The notes beneath the pieces were generated by a model, which did no database searches, was not told the origin of the DNA, and worked only from the letters and a program-made list of their open reading frames with translations. A stretch of 63,993 nucleotides of DNA, counting the filler, from Octopus bimaculoides (Eukaryota): NCBI RefSeq assembly GCF_001194135.2. It is 9 parts of 7 records of this genome, joined end to end, with 100 filler letters (N's around TTAATTAATTAA, not from the genome) between each part and the next. Parts side by side here need not be neighbours in the genome. Positions count along the whole stretch, not along the records: positions 1 to 11,995 come from NC_068993.1; positions 12,096 to 28,124 come from NC_068991.1; 7 more parts are not named here. The stretch is one strand, 5' to 3'. Each line of letters begins with the position of its first letter. Position 1 is the first letter of the stretch. This document shows positions 1 to 12,620 of the stretch, piece by piece. The position numbers were made by a program, and so were the translations under genes.

Positions 1-4
1 ATAT

Positions 5-285
5 ATATGGCTGTGTGGCAAGAAGCTTGCCTCCTAGTCACATGGTTCCGAATTCAGTCCCACTGTGTAGCACCTTGAGCAAATGTCTTCTGCTATACCC
101 TCGGGCTGATCAAAACCTTGTGAGTGGATTTGGTAGACGAAAACTGAAAGAAGTCCCTCAAATATATATGTATATGTGTGTGTTTGTGTGTGTTTATGTA
201 TATGTATATGATTATGTGTCTGTGTTTGTCATCCCACCATCATTTGACAACCAATGTTGATGTGTTTATGTCCTCGTAAGTTAGC
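5..285 (+). mobile_element. tRNA-derived SINE, family A, 3'-truncated
   Basis: A-box-like TGGCTGTGTGG and B-box-like AATTCAGTCCC, then CACCTTGAGCAAATGTCTTCTGCTATA (CORE-like), an internal (TA/TG)n tract and TTGACAACC...GTAAGTTAGC. At least eight related copies or halves occur in the window. Confidence 0.8.
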
Positions 286-606
286 TTACCCACACTGAGC
301 TCTCCATCCCCTACTCCCAAATTCCTCCATCTGTGCAGGCTCTGCAGTGACAACCATGACTTTGAGACTCAGTCTCAACTCATGGCCGACCACTTCATCC
401 TACGTGGATATCCCCTCACCACAATCCACACCACCCTTGCTAGAGCACGTTCCGTGGACCGTGCCTCTGCCCCCTCTCTCTCTTCGCACTCGCCCCACCG
501 TTGCCCATCTCCCGTTTCCCTTCACTTACCACTCCTCCACCCTACCCTTCCAGCGTACCATTCTCCGAACCTTCCGGCGACTCCACTTCACACACCTTCC
601 CCAATC
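286..606 (+). mobile_element. Penelope-like retroelement fragment (RT C-terminal helix region and linker), frameshifted
   Basis: Manual translation across frameshifts gives LSIPYSQ / FLHLCRLCSDNHDFETQSQLMADHFILRGYP...LARARSVDR / PFPFTYHSSTLPFQRTILRTFRRL. This matches the PLE pattern SIPYSQFLRLRRICS...F..RGYP and P...TYHP. Runs into an N gap. Confidence 0.75.
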
Positions 607-2139
607 TNNNNNNNNNNNNNNNNNNNNNNNNNNNNNNNNNNNNNNNNNNNNNNNNNNNNNNNNNNNNNNNNNNNNNNNNNNNNNNNNNNNNNNNNNNNNN
701 NNNNNNNNNNNNNNNNNNNNNNNNNNNNNNNNNNNNNNNNNNNNNNNNNNNNNNNNNNNNNNNNNNNNNNNNNNNNNNNNNNNNNNNNNNNNNNNNNNNN
801 NNNNNNNNNNNNNNNNNNNNNNNNNNNNNNNNNNNNNNNNNNNNNNNNNNNNNNNNNNNNNNNNNNNNNNNNNNNNNNNNNNNNNNNNNNNNNNNNNNNN
901 NNNNNNNNNNNNNNNNNNNNNNNNNNNNNNNNNNNNNNNNNNNNNNNNNNNNNNNNNNNNNNNNNNNNNNNNNNNNNNNNNNNNNNNNNNNNNNNNNNNN
1001 NNNNNNNNNNNNNNNNNNNNNNNNNNNNNNNNNNNNNNNNNNNNNNNNNNNNNNNNNNNNNNNNNNNNNNNNNNNNNNNNNNNNNNNNNNNNNNNNNNNN
1101 NNNNNNNNNNNNNNNNNNNNNNNNNNNNNNNNNNNNNNNNNNNNNNNNNNNNNNNNNNNNNNNNNNNNNNNNNNNNNNNNNNNNNNNNNNNNNNNNNNNN
1201 NNNNNNNNNNNNNNNNNNNNNNNNNNNNNNNNNNNNNNNNNNNNNNNNNNNNNNNNNNNNNNNNNNNNNNNNNNNNNNNNNNNNNNNNNNNNNNNNNNNN
1301 NNNNNNNNNNNNNNNNNNNNNNNNNNNNNNNNNNNNNNNNNNNNNNNNNNNNNNNNNNNNNNNNNNNNNNNNNNNNNNNNNNNNNNNNNNNNNNNCGATA
1401 CCCCTTCATCTACCCCTCCCGCTCCCATGTACCCCACCCTTACATCCTCACCCCAAATCCACACGCCCACACTGCCACTCTACACACCACCACACCACAT
1501 CACACCACCCTAGACCACTCCGCATACACTAGCACTGACCACTTCCCAGCACCTACACCATCATCCACACGTCAAAGTCACCAGCCCCTATCCACACGCA
1601 CACACTTACACACTCTCAATACACATACGCACGCGCACCTTCGTTTTGGGATCACCAGTACTTTATTATCTCCCCTTCTTCTTAGCTCTTCTGTTCAACT
1701 ACCTTCTACAACCAGTCGCTATGATTGACCGCTAAATCCCCAATGAAGCAATTGGGCGCTGCTATTTGGACACTGACGATTTGGCATACCTGAGTGGAGA
1801 GTATATTTTGGCACTCCACACACACACACACACACTGGCACTTCCACAGACGAGCATGCAAGTACGCACACGCGCAAAAATATATACTTACTGTTAAAGT
1901 GAGACAGAAAAAGAATCTTTATGCATACATACATATAAACATTGAGAGAATGAGATAGTTGGAGAGAGGGAGAGGGGGAGAGAGAAAGAAAGGGACAGAA
2001 AGAAATTACACATACGTACCATTATGACTAGATGCTCGCACACATAAACACAGGTAGACAGGAAGGGAGGGATGAAGGTTAAGGGAGACATTACACATAC
2101 ATACCAACATAACTAGATGCTCACACACACACACAGAGG

Positions 2140-2190
<51 letters not shown>

Positions 2191-2266
2191 GCAGACAGGG
2201 ACAGGTATAAAAACAGAGACATTACACAGCTACAAGCACAACTAGATGCTCTTACTCAGAGAGAGG

Positions 2267-2302
<36 letters not shown>

Positions 2303-2400
2303 GACAGACAGACAACCAGAGACAGACAGACAGAGACAGACAGAGATAGACAGACAGACAGAGACAGACAGAAAGGAGGTGGGGACAGACAAACAGACAG
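2140..2400. repeat. Compound microsatellite (GATA)n/(GA)n/(GACA)n
   Basis: Directly visible. Confidence 0.95.
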
Positions 2401-2542
2401 AGATAAAGAACGTTAGAACGTCCGTTGTCAAATAAGTCGGTGCCGAATTAGTGATGTCAAATAGGCGGCACCAAAACGTTTTTGTGCTAAAGTCTCACGT
2501 AACCAGAGACGGTCAATTCAGCTGCAGCACAAGGAAGCTGCT

Positions 2543-2687
2543 GGAGTGCGTGGCCTAACGGTTAAGCTGCTACACTCATGATCGTAAGATTGTGATTTCG
2601 ATTTCTAGACCGGGAGATGTCTTGTGTTCTTGAGTAAAACACTTCACTTCACGTTGCTCTAGTCCACTCAGCTAGCAAAAATGAGTA
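2543..2687 (+). mobile_element. tRNA-derived SINE, family C
   Basis: TGGCCTAACGGTTAAG A box, TTTCGATTTC B box, then GTGTTCTTGAGTAAAACAC...CCACTCAGCTAGCAAAAATGAGTA. Similar to the reverse complement of 42500-42626. Confidence 0.7.
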
Positions 2688-4398
2688 TTATGGTGAAGTT
2701 GTGCCCAGTTTATAACTATAGTCGTTGGTTGGATACGAAACCTGACCAATGGTAGCCCATAAACCTACGAAGGATCTTGGTACCAAAAGAACTCAGGTGG
2801 CTCCTAAGGGCCCGGACATTCTTCAAGTCTCGCAACAGTAAAACAAGACAGGGAAGGTGAAAGATAATGGCTCAGGTCAATAACTCTAATTAAGTGACCA
2901 AATCCGTTTTGTATATTCTTTTTCTTGGGCCTTGGGTCTCATGGCAAAATCACAACACTCTTCTGAACACGATGCTGGTCCGTTGCTAGCAATTTTGAAT
3001 GGAAGGGACAAGTCGATTATATAGATGCTAGCACTTGAACCCAAAGTGGATAAAAGATGAAGTTGAACATGGTAGGATTTAAATTCAGATCGTAAAGAGC
3101 TGGAAGAAACGCCGCTGAGCATTTTGTACTACGTACTTATGATTCTGCCAGCTCGAATATTTAAAACTACAATATCCTCTCTGTCCTCTCCGCTTTTATG
3201 TTTTAATTTCTCTTTAAGACAGTAGAATGTGATTTTTATTTGGTAGTCGGACTGAATACATTGTGACACTTGATCTGGTTAATGAGATATGAGGCCGAGT
3301 CCTGACAAAGTCAGTTTTGGTTTTTCATCCTTTCTGTTACGGAGTTGATAAATAATATGGTGCTGCCTTCTCCAGTTGGAGCTTCCGTTGGATCATGGTT
3401 GGGACAGGGTGGGGACGAGTGTCGAGAGAGTGTCTGTGTTTTGCTTATACCTTTGTAAAAGGTCGATAGTTGCAATAGAGACATTAGTCTCTCTCTATCA
3501 CCTTTCAACAAAATCATATATTAAGAAACAGAAGAACAATTAGTAACATAATAAAAATAAGTTTTATTTTTTGGTGATGCTTTACCGTCCGCCTCTTTCG
3601 AACATCTTCCTCGTCGACATCGTTGTTATCATCATAATCGTCATCGTCGTCGTCGTCGTCGCCGTCGTCGCCGTCGTTGTCGTCATCAACATCAAAGAAT
3701 GAAACACAGTAGCACACACAGACATTATTCAGAGCGATTTCATTGCACCAACAAATAACATGGCAACACATAAAAAATCATCTAAACAACACAAAATATA
3801 AACAACTCCATAAAAAAACCCAAATGTGCTGAAAGAGTAGGAGACTTCAGGAGGGATGTACAAAAGACTTTATAAGGAGCTGCTTACAGAACCATCCACA
3901 TCTTACTGTAGGGACTGGGCATCTGTAGTCCATCCGCAAAATTAATGTAAAGTACGATATCCTTGAGACTTTCTTCCTTCTGTCGACTATGGCTTTCCTC
4001 AGTATAGGATGTGTCAATGCATGTAGCCCGAGTTCAGCTTGGAATCAGTCGGATAACATGGCCGGTGGTACATCAACCATTACTTTGTATTTAGAATTGT
4101 GTCGGGCAAAACCGATTTTGTTTCAGGATGTTATGGACGTCGACGAAGATTAACGAAGTGTTTACCGAAGGACTTTCAAGCTGGAAATTTTGAGCAACTT
4201 CCCAAAATTGCTAGCCTCTGCTCTGTCCGCGTTATGCACAAATCAATGAAGTCGTTCAGTATGCTCTCATTCAGTGTCCGAACATCTGAACATCCGAACA
4301 TTGCTGATCTGTGCTCTCAGCCGAGCACATTGCGAGAATAGTCTTACTGTCTTACTTTTTTTTTTTACGAAGGGCAATTAATTTTCCTTTGTCTAGTG

Positions 4399-4720
4399 CA
4401 GTGGTTCTCAACCAGGGTCCATATAAGATTTTTGGGGATTCACACAACAAAATAATAAACTAAGGATTCATAATAGTATTTTGGGGATCCCTGAAATATT
4501 TTTGCTTTAGATGTATGCATTGCAAGAAACTGTTAGGCTTCTTTCTCTAACATTTTACATAGTTCAACCTACACAAGTTAATGTGTGAAAAACAAAATAG
4601 GACTTTTGAAAGAAGTTCCTATAAAACTAGTTTTTAAACATCGAATGGCTATAGGGGTCCACCAAAATAAAATAGTAATCAAAAGGGTCTATAGGTAAAA
4701 AAAATGGTTGGGAATTCCTG
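4399..4720. mobile_element. hAT (Charlie-type) MITE, 322 bp
   Basis: Left TIR CAGTGGTTCTCAACC, right TIR GGTTGGGAATTCCTG. Flanking 8-mers GTCTAGTG (4391-4398) and GTCTCGTA (4721-4728) match at 6/8, consistent with a decayed 8-bp TSD. Confidence 0.75.
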
Positions 4721-5459
4721 GTCTCGTAGTTATGGCGACAGAGTTTCTTCTGTTTTACTCGCTGAATGAGGAAGGAGTAGCTATATCCATGACTCTTTCA
4801 AGCCCTCCTATAATAGTGATGTTGGTACAATTAATGTTACGTTTGAACTGTCGTCGGTCAAAACCTATAGGAAAAACATGAAGAAGAGAAGATTCAAGAA
4901 GGCGATGTTTGAGGAGAGAAGACTTGGCATAGTGGTTATTGAGTGCCAGTGGTGTAATGTATACAATAAGGGTGATATGAAGTGAAAAGACGAATGGGTG
5001 TCGTGGTTGCCTGAGTGGTGTACGTGTGAGATCAGCTTGACCATTATAGTTAAGGGTGAAAGTATGAGATCAGCTAATTGTGAGGAGACGAAGGTGAGAG
5101 TTGAGGAGGAGGTACTGCCGTCCAATGAATTTGCTGATAGGGGAAGTGGTGAACTGTGAAGTGGTGAGAATGGTTCTCGGGAAAGTAGTATAGCCTGAGT
5201 GTGTGCCACCTTGGGCAGCTCTTGAGTTTACTGCCGGCCCCGGATCCCCAAGCCTATACAGACATACAGCAACCTCCAAAGTGGCCCAAAGCGAATCACC
5301 TCCCTCGCTTCTTCTCTATCTACGCTATTGCCTTGGGAATGGGCCGACTCTTACATGCCACTATCGGAAGGAGAACACAGCTGGGAAAAGGTCACTTGCT
5401 CTTGGTTCATTACGGTTATTCGGTTATTGTGAACATGCGTACTTCTTGATTGGTTAAAG

Positions 5460-5474
5460 ATCTCTCTCTCTTTC

Positions 5475-5526
<52 letters not shown>

Positions 5527-5529
5527 TCT
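5460..5529. repeat. (CT)n microsatellite at gap edge
   Basis: Directly visible. Confidence 0.95.
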
Positions 5530-6367
5530 NNNNNNNNNNNNNNNNNNNNNNNNNNNNNNNNNNNNNNNNNNNNNNNNNNNNNNNNNNNNNNNNNNNNNNN
5601 NNNNNNNNNNNNNNNNNNNNNNNNNNNNNNNNNNNNNNNNNNNNNNNNNNNNNNNNNNNNNNNNNNNNNNNNNNNNNNNNNNNNNNNNNNNNNNNNNNNN
5701 NNNNNNNNNNNNNNNNNNNNNNNNNNNNNNNNNNNNNNNNNNNNNNNNNNNNNNNNNNNNNNNNNNNNNNNNNNNNNNNNNNNNNNNNNNNNNNNNNNNN
5801 NNNNNNNNNNNNNNNNNNNNNNNNNNNNNNNNNNNNNNNNNNNNNNNNNNNNNNNNNNNNNNNNNNNNNNNNNNNNNNNNNNNNNNNNNNNNNNNNNNNN
5901 NNNNNNNNNNNNNNNNNNNNNNNNNNNNNNNNNNNNNNNNNNNNNNNNNNNNNNNNNNNNNNNNNNNNNNNNNNNNNNNNNNNNNNNNNNNNNNNNNNNN
6001 NNNNNNNNNNNNNNNNNNNNNNNNNNNNNNNNNNNNNNNNNNNNNNNNNNNNNNNNNNNNNNNNNNNNNNNNNNNNNNNNNNNNNNNNNNNNNNNNNNNN
6101 NNNNNNNNNNNNNNNNNNNNNNNNNNNNNNNNNNNNNNNNNNNNNNNNNNNNNNNNNNNNNNNNNNNNNNNNNNNNNNNNNNNNNNNNNNNNNNNNNNNN
6201 NNNNNNNNNNNNNNNNNNNNNNNNNNNNNNNNNNNNNNNNNNNNNNNNNNNNNNNNNNNNNNNNNNNNNNNNNNNNNNNNNNNNNNNNNNNNNNNNNNNN
6301 NNNNNNNNNNNNNNNNNNNNNNNNNNNNNNNNNNNNNNNNNNNNNNNNNNNNNNNNNNNNNNNNNNN

Positions 6368-6501
6368 NGCCGTTGTCATTTTCATCATTGTCGTCGTCGT
6401 CGTCGTCGTCATAAATATTATTATTACCCAGCAGCCTTCATTCACGATGGATGACTTCATTTTCCTGCTGTCAACGAGCACAACCTGAAGGATGTGAAAA
6501 C

Positions 6502-6545
<44 letters not shown>

Positions 6546-6611
6546 CCCCCCATCATCATCATAGACTTCATCACACAGTCACAATAACAAGATAGTAATC
6601 ACGGTGGTGGA

Positions 6612-6650
<39 letters not shown>

Positions 6651-6680
6651 GTTGCTACTACTGCTGCTGTTGCTGTTTTT
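6368..6680. repeat. Trinucleotide microsatellite cluster (GTC)n, (TAA)n, (CTA)n
   Basis: Directly visible. Confidence 0.95.
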
Positions 6681-8281
6681 AGCACGATATGTTGTTTTCT
6701 TCAATTCATTTTATCGTCGACGAAATGTTTGGCAACCCTGCTGTTCGTAGTCAAAGGAATAAACCACCACCACCACCTTCACTACTACCACCACCATGAC
6801 CATGATTATGTTTGCTTACCTTACACACTACGAATAATTCCTTTTTGTCTAATCTCACTCTCTCTTTATATATATATATATAGCCACTCAGTGCATCTAA
6901 ATACTAGTCAAGTGCTGCATTTGATTTATTATTGTTATAAAGCATCCTAGATGTGAATGGAACTATAATAAAATAACTATCTTTTTGTCTACCTCCCGAG
7001 TTATCTATCTATCTATCTATCTATCCCGTTATCTCGTAATCTATCACCATCTCTCGATCTATCTGTCACCTCCACTTTTCCCTCTAATACGTCTTTGTGT
7101 CTATCTATTTTCGCTTTCACCTACCCCACCACAGTTTATCTAGTGAGGTCATTCACCTCATATCTATCTATCTATCTCCTTTTATACCTAGCTGTCTTCC
7201 TGCCCTTCTCTAATTATCGATCATTAGTAGCACACTCCCTCACTCTCTTGTATCTATCCATTTGTCTAGCACCATTTTAAACCCTGTTCTCACCATCCCA
7301 TACATATCTCTCTGTTTCTGTCTGTCTCTCCCTCTCGGTCTAAATACAAGATGCTCCTCTTTCATATATGCACAAATGATACACACACACACACCTATGC
7401 ATACACACTATCTATCTATCTATCTATCTATCTCTCTCTCTATATATATATATCCATCTATCTATCTATACACTCATGCTACTGAACGTGCATAGATAAA
7501 CAAGAGCATTGGTAAATAAAAATAATTTTAATAACAATAATAATAATAATAATAATTTTTTTTACTGGCCACAAGGGCCGAACAGACAATACAGAACTAG
7601 GATTAATAATAATAAATATACAGACATGTATAACTGCATGCATGAATATACACACGCTTCTGTTATATACTAACACTATTGTCATTCAACGTACACTATT
7701 TAACTACTACAGTATCCTCCCCTGTCCCTTTCCCTCTGATTTCCGTAATATTACTACTACTACAACACACATTCACACACGCACACCAATTCTACTAGCA
7801 AGCACCGACCGAGTAATAAATACTACTAATCATAGTAGTAGTAGTAGTAGTAGTAGCAACATCGAGCCAAGACAGTAATGGAGTGGTAGCAGTATTTATA
7901 GTAGTAGCAGAAGCAGTAGTAACAGAAGTAGTGGTGGTGGGGTTAGTTTATTAGTTATAGTAGTAGTAGTAGTAGTGATAGTAGTAGTAGTAATAGCAAT
8001 AGCAGCAGCAGCAGCTCAATGAAGATGGCGGCAGCTGTTCAAATCTTACCACAAACACGTAATCAAATACACACATTCCTTCAAGCAGACCTTCTTAGTT
8101 CTACCTTCCATGAATTATTCGGAGCAGAAGCTAATGCTAAAAGGTAGGTGGACATTATTATTGCATATTTATATATATATTCCTACAATGTTATGGGTAG
8201 TTTATATATGTATGTACATTATTACCCCTATACATATATGTATATATAGTAGTAGTAGTACATGTTAGCATATATTTAGCT

Positions 8282-8433
8282 GCATGTATATCTATTTGTG
8301 TTATATATATATATATATAAGTATGTGTATGATATATATATTAATTGCAGGCATACGTAATGCTTCAGTATACACACAAATTCGCACACTACTCTATATG
8401 CTTGTATACATTTACATCTGTCATCTCGTTTGC

Positions 8434-8469
<36 letters not shown>

Positions 8470-8555
8470 TATATATGTACGTACATAAATAACAGTTATG
8501 CTTATATGTATTTACAAAAGCATTTATCTGTTCACGCATTAACCTTATATATATT

Positions 8556-8606
<51 letters not shown>

Positions 8607-8653
8607 CAGTATATGCATATATATATATATACACACACACACACACCAGTATA

Positions 8654-8688
<35 letters not shown>

Positions 8689-8695
8689 CAGTATA

Positions 8696-8780
<85 letters not shown>
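8282..8780. repeat. (TA)n/(CA)n compound microsatellite with a three-copy higher-order unit
   Basis: CCAGTATATGCA recurs at about 8606, 8646 and 8688 within (CA)n/(TA)n. Confidence 0.9.
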
Positions 8781-8781
<1 letters not shown>

Positions 8782-9305
8782 TGCATACACACAAGAAGAA
8801 AAAAACAAGACATACAGATATGTCTGTCAAGAAAATATCAAAATCACATATTTTCGTTTGTATATTTATTTCTGTGTGATGAATGTTTGTTGTTTTTATC
8901 TATTTAGGTCATGTTTAAAAAATAATAATTATTATTATGTAATAATAATAATAATAATAATTCCATCTACTAATTAATTTCTTCATTTGCTACAAGAAAC
9001 AACATTGCTAGTCTTTCAATTAGTAACTACCACAATGCATGTTAATTACACAAACCAACTCGTAAACATCAGATGGGATGTCATCTACAAATGTATGTAT
9101 GTATGTATGTATGTGTGTATATATGTATATATAATCTTAACTGGTTCCAGCCATTGAATATTTAAACACTATATACATGGGCATATAGTACGTCTATACA
9201 TACAAATATACGCATTCAAATACACTCATCATGTATAGTGATATCTGTATCGATATAATAATTTTTTGTTATAGTGTAAATATAATTATGGTATATAATG
9301 TGTCG

Positions 9306-9346
<41 letters not shown>

Positions 9347-10524
9347 GTATCTTACGCACAGAATGCATAGATGCTCTCTATATATCTATATCTAGGTTTA
9401 TACAATGTATAATTCTATAAATACTATATATTCTGATATACAATTACTATGGTTTGTGTGTGTGTATATATACACACACGAGCGTGTAGAAGAGAAAAAT
9501 ACATTTATTCCATGTTATATAGTATTGTATAATAATGTAATTATATATCTTTAGTGATATATCTGTATAATGGTGATTTATATATATATATGTTTTTGCT
9601 GTCTTCTGTTGACTTGCAGTTTTACACCAAACGTTCATCTTCCAATCCCAGGAAGAAAAAATGGGTGTGGTGATTTTTGTTTCTCTTGGCCAATAACCTC
9701 ATCTTAAGTGAAGTCGTTCACTTCCTGGATAATAATAACGATGATGATTGTGATTTCTTAAGGTTTTTATTTCTTAATTGAGCACGACGTTCTCATAATT
9801 TAGGGTATGTAGTGACGTTCATGCATTTCCAACAGCATTATGCAGCATTAATTTACAAAACAATTGCAATGGCTTCTACCTGAAATTGAAATAGCGTCGC
9901 AGTCTTCCCTATCTGCTTGATTATTGTAGCAATGATAATGATCATCATCACTTACCAGACTATAATAATAATAATCATAGTTATTATTATTATTTTTTTC
10001 ATTAGTCACAGGGGCATTGATGATGGGGGACATCACAAGGACAGACAATTTGTGTGGGGATTATGTTTCTCTATATGGACATTAGGAGTCGGATTTATTG
10101 GCGATAGTGCAGGAAAATGGGATTGGGTAACGTCCGCATCTCTTTAAATGAACGTTAGCCATGTGATGAAAGTTAAATTGCCACTTTGTCCACCAACTTG
10201 GAATTGAAACTGTATCGCCAACTTGGTGGTATATGACGTCTAAGTCATTTTGTTGGACCTCAGGTCAGCTCTGATTGAGCAGACCTATTATCAGAAGTAT
10301 TCTGATCACCAATTCCAGCCTGTTTTGTTTTTGTTTCGTTTTGTTGCTTACAATATATTCAGAATGTCCTTTCTTTTTAAAGATGGTAAGACCTGATTCA
10401 ATGGAGAGTTGGTTAATATTTCTAACAGATTTAACGTCTTCATGGAGGATTTCTGATAATGGTGGTAATTGTGACAACTGCTTAGCCGCAGCTCAACTTT
10501 GGTTAGGTAAATCTATAATCAAAT

Positions 10525-10725
10525 GCATTCCTGCCGTGACCATCCCATTTTTTTTCGTTTCTAGGACTGTGCAGCATGGTCTGCGACAGTAGTAGTAGTT
10601 GTTTAGACCCAGGTCAAGTCTGAGTATACCTGTGATCAAAGGCATTCCAGCCATGACCAGATCAATACAGGCGTATGATTTGAGGGAGATTTGGCTGTTA
10701 TTTCTACTACCAGGTCGAGCGACTA
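10525..10725 (+). repeat. Old interspersed repeat, family D (unclassified)
   Basis: Modules TGATCAAAGGCATTCCAGCCATGACC and TTTGAGGGAGATTTGGCTGTTATTTCTA recur at 18061-18280 (+), 20844-21000 (-) and 23800-23980 (-). Confidence 0.65.
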
Positions 10726-11950
10726 AGAGTTTCCTTCGTCGACTCAAGTGATAGCGGTATTGATGGTGACTGTAGTGAAGGTGTTAGTGGCAATTATAGC
10801 GGTAGTGGTGGTAGTATTGTGCGGTCCCTATTGTGGTTGTTGTGATTGATGTAGTTAATGACATTTAATGTCTCGGGTGGTGGTTTTAGTACAAGTAGTA
10901 GTATTAACAGCAGCAGCAGTAGTGATGTCCTTAATTTCTACAAGGGCAACACTAAAATAATAATTATTACTATTTCTTAATTCAGACACAAGCCCAACAG
11001 TTTTTTTTTTAAGGGGGAAGCAAGGTGAATGAGGGAAGTGAGGATGGTTTGCGTTTAATCGATCACATCGATACCAGTACATGACTGGTACTTTAGTTTC
11101 GATCGGTTGTCCTCTCTCTCTCTCTCTCTCTACTCCACTCCGCTTCTTTGAAGAACGAAAGGCCAAGTTGACCTCGGTGGGTTTTGAAACTCAACGTAAT
11201 TTTGCAAACTCATTTTTGTTCGATTGCTTGCCTTTCATATGCATTTTAAGGAATGGCAATGGTCTTTATACGTTAGTCTGGTTGTGTGAAAGGTTTCAGT
11301 TTAGATGTAGCGAAATATTGTATGGACATTACTTCATATTTTTAACATCATCACAAGGGGGAGCAAGAAAGGTGGCTGCGTTCAATTAACCTAAGTATGT
11401 GACTGGTACTTAGTTTTTTTAAATTTTTTTTATCGAACTGTGGAAGGCTGAAAAGCGAACGTGACCTCAGGTTTGGAAGTATGTAGTCGTCCTTGTTTAG
11501 CACTAAGGTCAGCACCACACCGGCAGATCTATCATCAAAAGCATTCCAACCATGACGTCCGATACCTGATATTCACGGTATCTCTACAACTACATTGTTC
11601 AATGTATCTTTCCTTTAATTTTGAGATGTGGTTTGGCTGCTATTTTTAGCAAGTCAAATGATCATGTAAAAGCTACCTCCCTCTCTGTCTCTCGTAACGG
11701 TAGTAGTAATTTAGTGCCAGAAATGTGTTGTATTAATAGCATTAGTAGTAGTAATAGTAGCAGTAGCAGCAACCACTACCATTTGCTACTTCTCTCTGCG
11801 GCACAGTTTCGTAATAAACATACATCTGTATTTATATACCAACGTACATTTTATATAGTAAATAACATGTACACACGAGATTACATACATACATAATACA
11901 TACATACATTGGAGGGTGTGTGCTTGTCTTAGCATCTTAAGTGTGTTTGC

Positions 11951-11995
<45 letters not shown>

Positions 11996-12039
11996 NNNNN
12001 NNNNNNNNNNNNNNNNNNNNNNNNNNNNNNNNNNNNNNN

Positions 12040-12051
12040 TTAATTAATTAA
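12040..12051. other. Synthetic assembly gap spacer TTAATTAATTAA (44 N + 12 nt + 44 N)
   Basis: The same 12-mer is centred in 100-bp gaps at about 12040, 28169, 43573, 48002, 49206, 55977, 59105 and 62798. It encodes TAA in all six frames. Confidence 0.95.
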
Positions 12052-12113
12052 NNNNNNNNNNNNNNNNNNNNNNNNNNNNNNNNNNNNNNNNNNNNATATA
12101 TATATATTATACA

Positions 12114-12620
12114 AGAACATTACATTGCATTTGTTTCTTGTTTCTGTTTCTTGTCCAATCAATTGTCATAAATTTTAGGCATGGTACCAAATGAAGCTAT
12201 TTTCTCAGGAGCATAGCCTTGTCCAGTATCATAGTAAAAGGCACCACTTTCCCACAGCTGCGTGATTCTAGCCTGTGCTCGTCTTGCCCTTTGAGCTTTC
12301 TACCGGGCCCGGCGCTGTTATAGGGTTTCATTGTGTCTAACAATGCTTCAACTCTAGCAGCGTTCTGTTGAAGGCGAACCTGTCGCTCATCAGATGCCTC
12401 CATTTGGTCAACCTGTCTGGAGTAGCATTCTGTTTACAGTGAGTATCACATTCGGTGTCAGTTTCAAGTTTACTGCGAGTTGCATTCCTAACAGCATTAG
12501 CTTGAATCTTTTGTTAATTTGTTTCAACTTGCTCTCTAAACCAACTTGCAAAAGAAGTTGTGGGTGGGGCACTTTTTTCCGTGGTATTATTGATGGAAAT
12601 CGATTTTTAAAAAATCTATT
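12114..12620 (-). mobile_element. Probable Helitron Rep/helicase N-terminal remnant
   Basis: Minus strand 12242-12114 reads AFYYDTGQGYAPEKIASFGTMPKIYDN*LDKKQKQETNAM*CS. This resembles the Helitron motif AF.YD...Y....IG.M...C..C...K...E..GMCC with degraded cysteines. It is preceded by charged R/Q/E-rich repeats (ERQVRLQQNAAR). Confidence 0.55.

Noticed and set aside
2886-3122. 78-aa minus-strand ORF containing SCSEECC
   Set aside because: Overlaps decayed SINE-B-like sequence (GTCGATTATATAG..., GGATTTAAATTCAGATCGTAAAG) and has no domain match.
3900-4330. Possible RTE LINE C-terminal remnant on the minus strand (TGHVIRL...RQKEESLKD)
   Set aside because: Only one short motif resembles WAGHV.RM and the flanks could not be aligned by eye. 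Needs tblastx.
4865-5209. Possible PLE GIY-YIG remnant on the minus strand (FIGRQ..., HRLLESSL)
   Set aside because: No recognisable GIY or YIG triad. Similarity may be compositional.
10265-10520. Exon-like minus-strand frame ending ATT/GTAAGC
   Set aside because: In-frame stop after the nearest AG, no recognisable protein, and embedded among family D relics.
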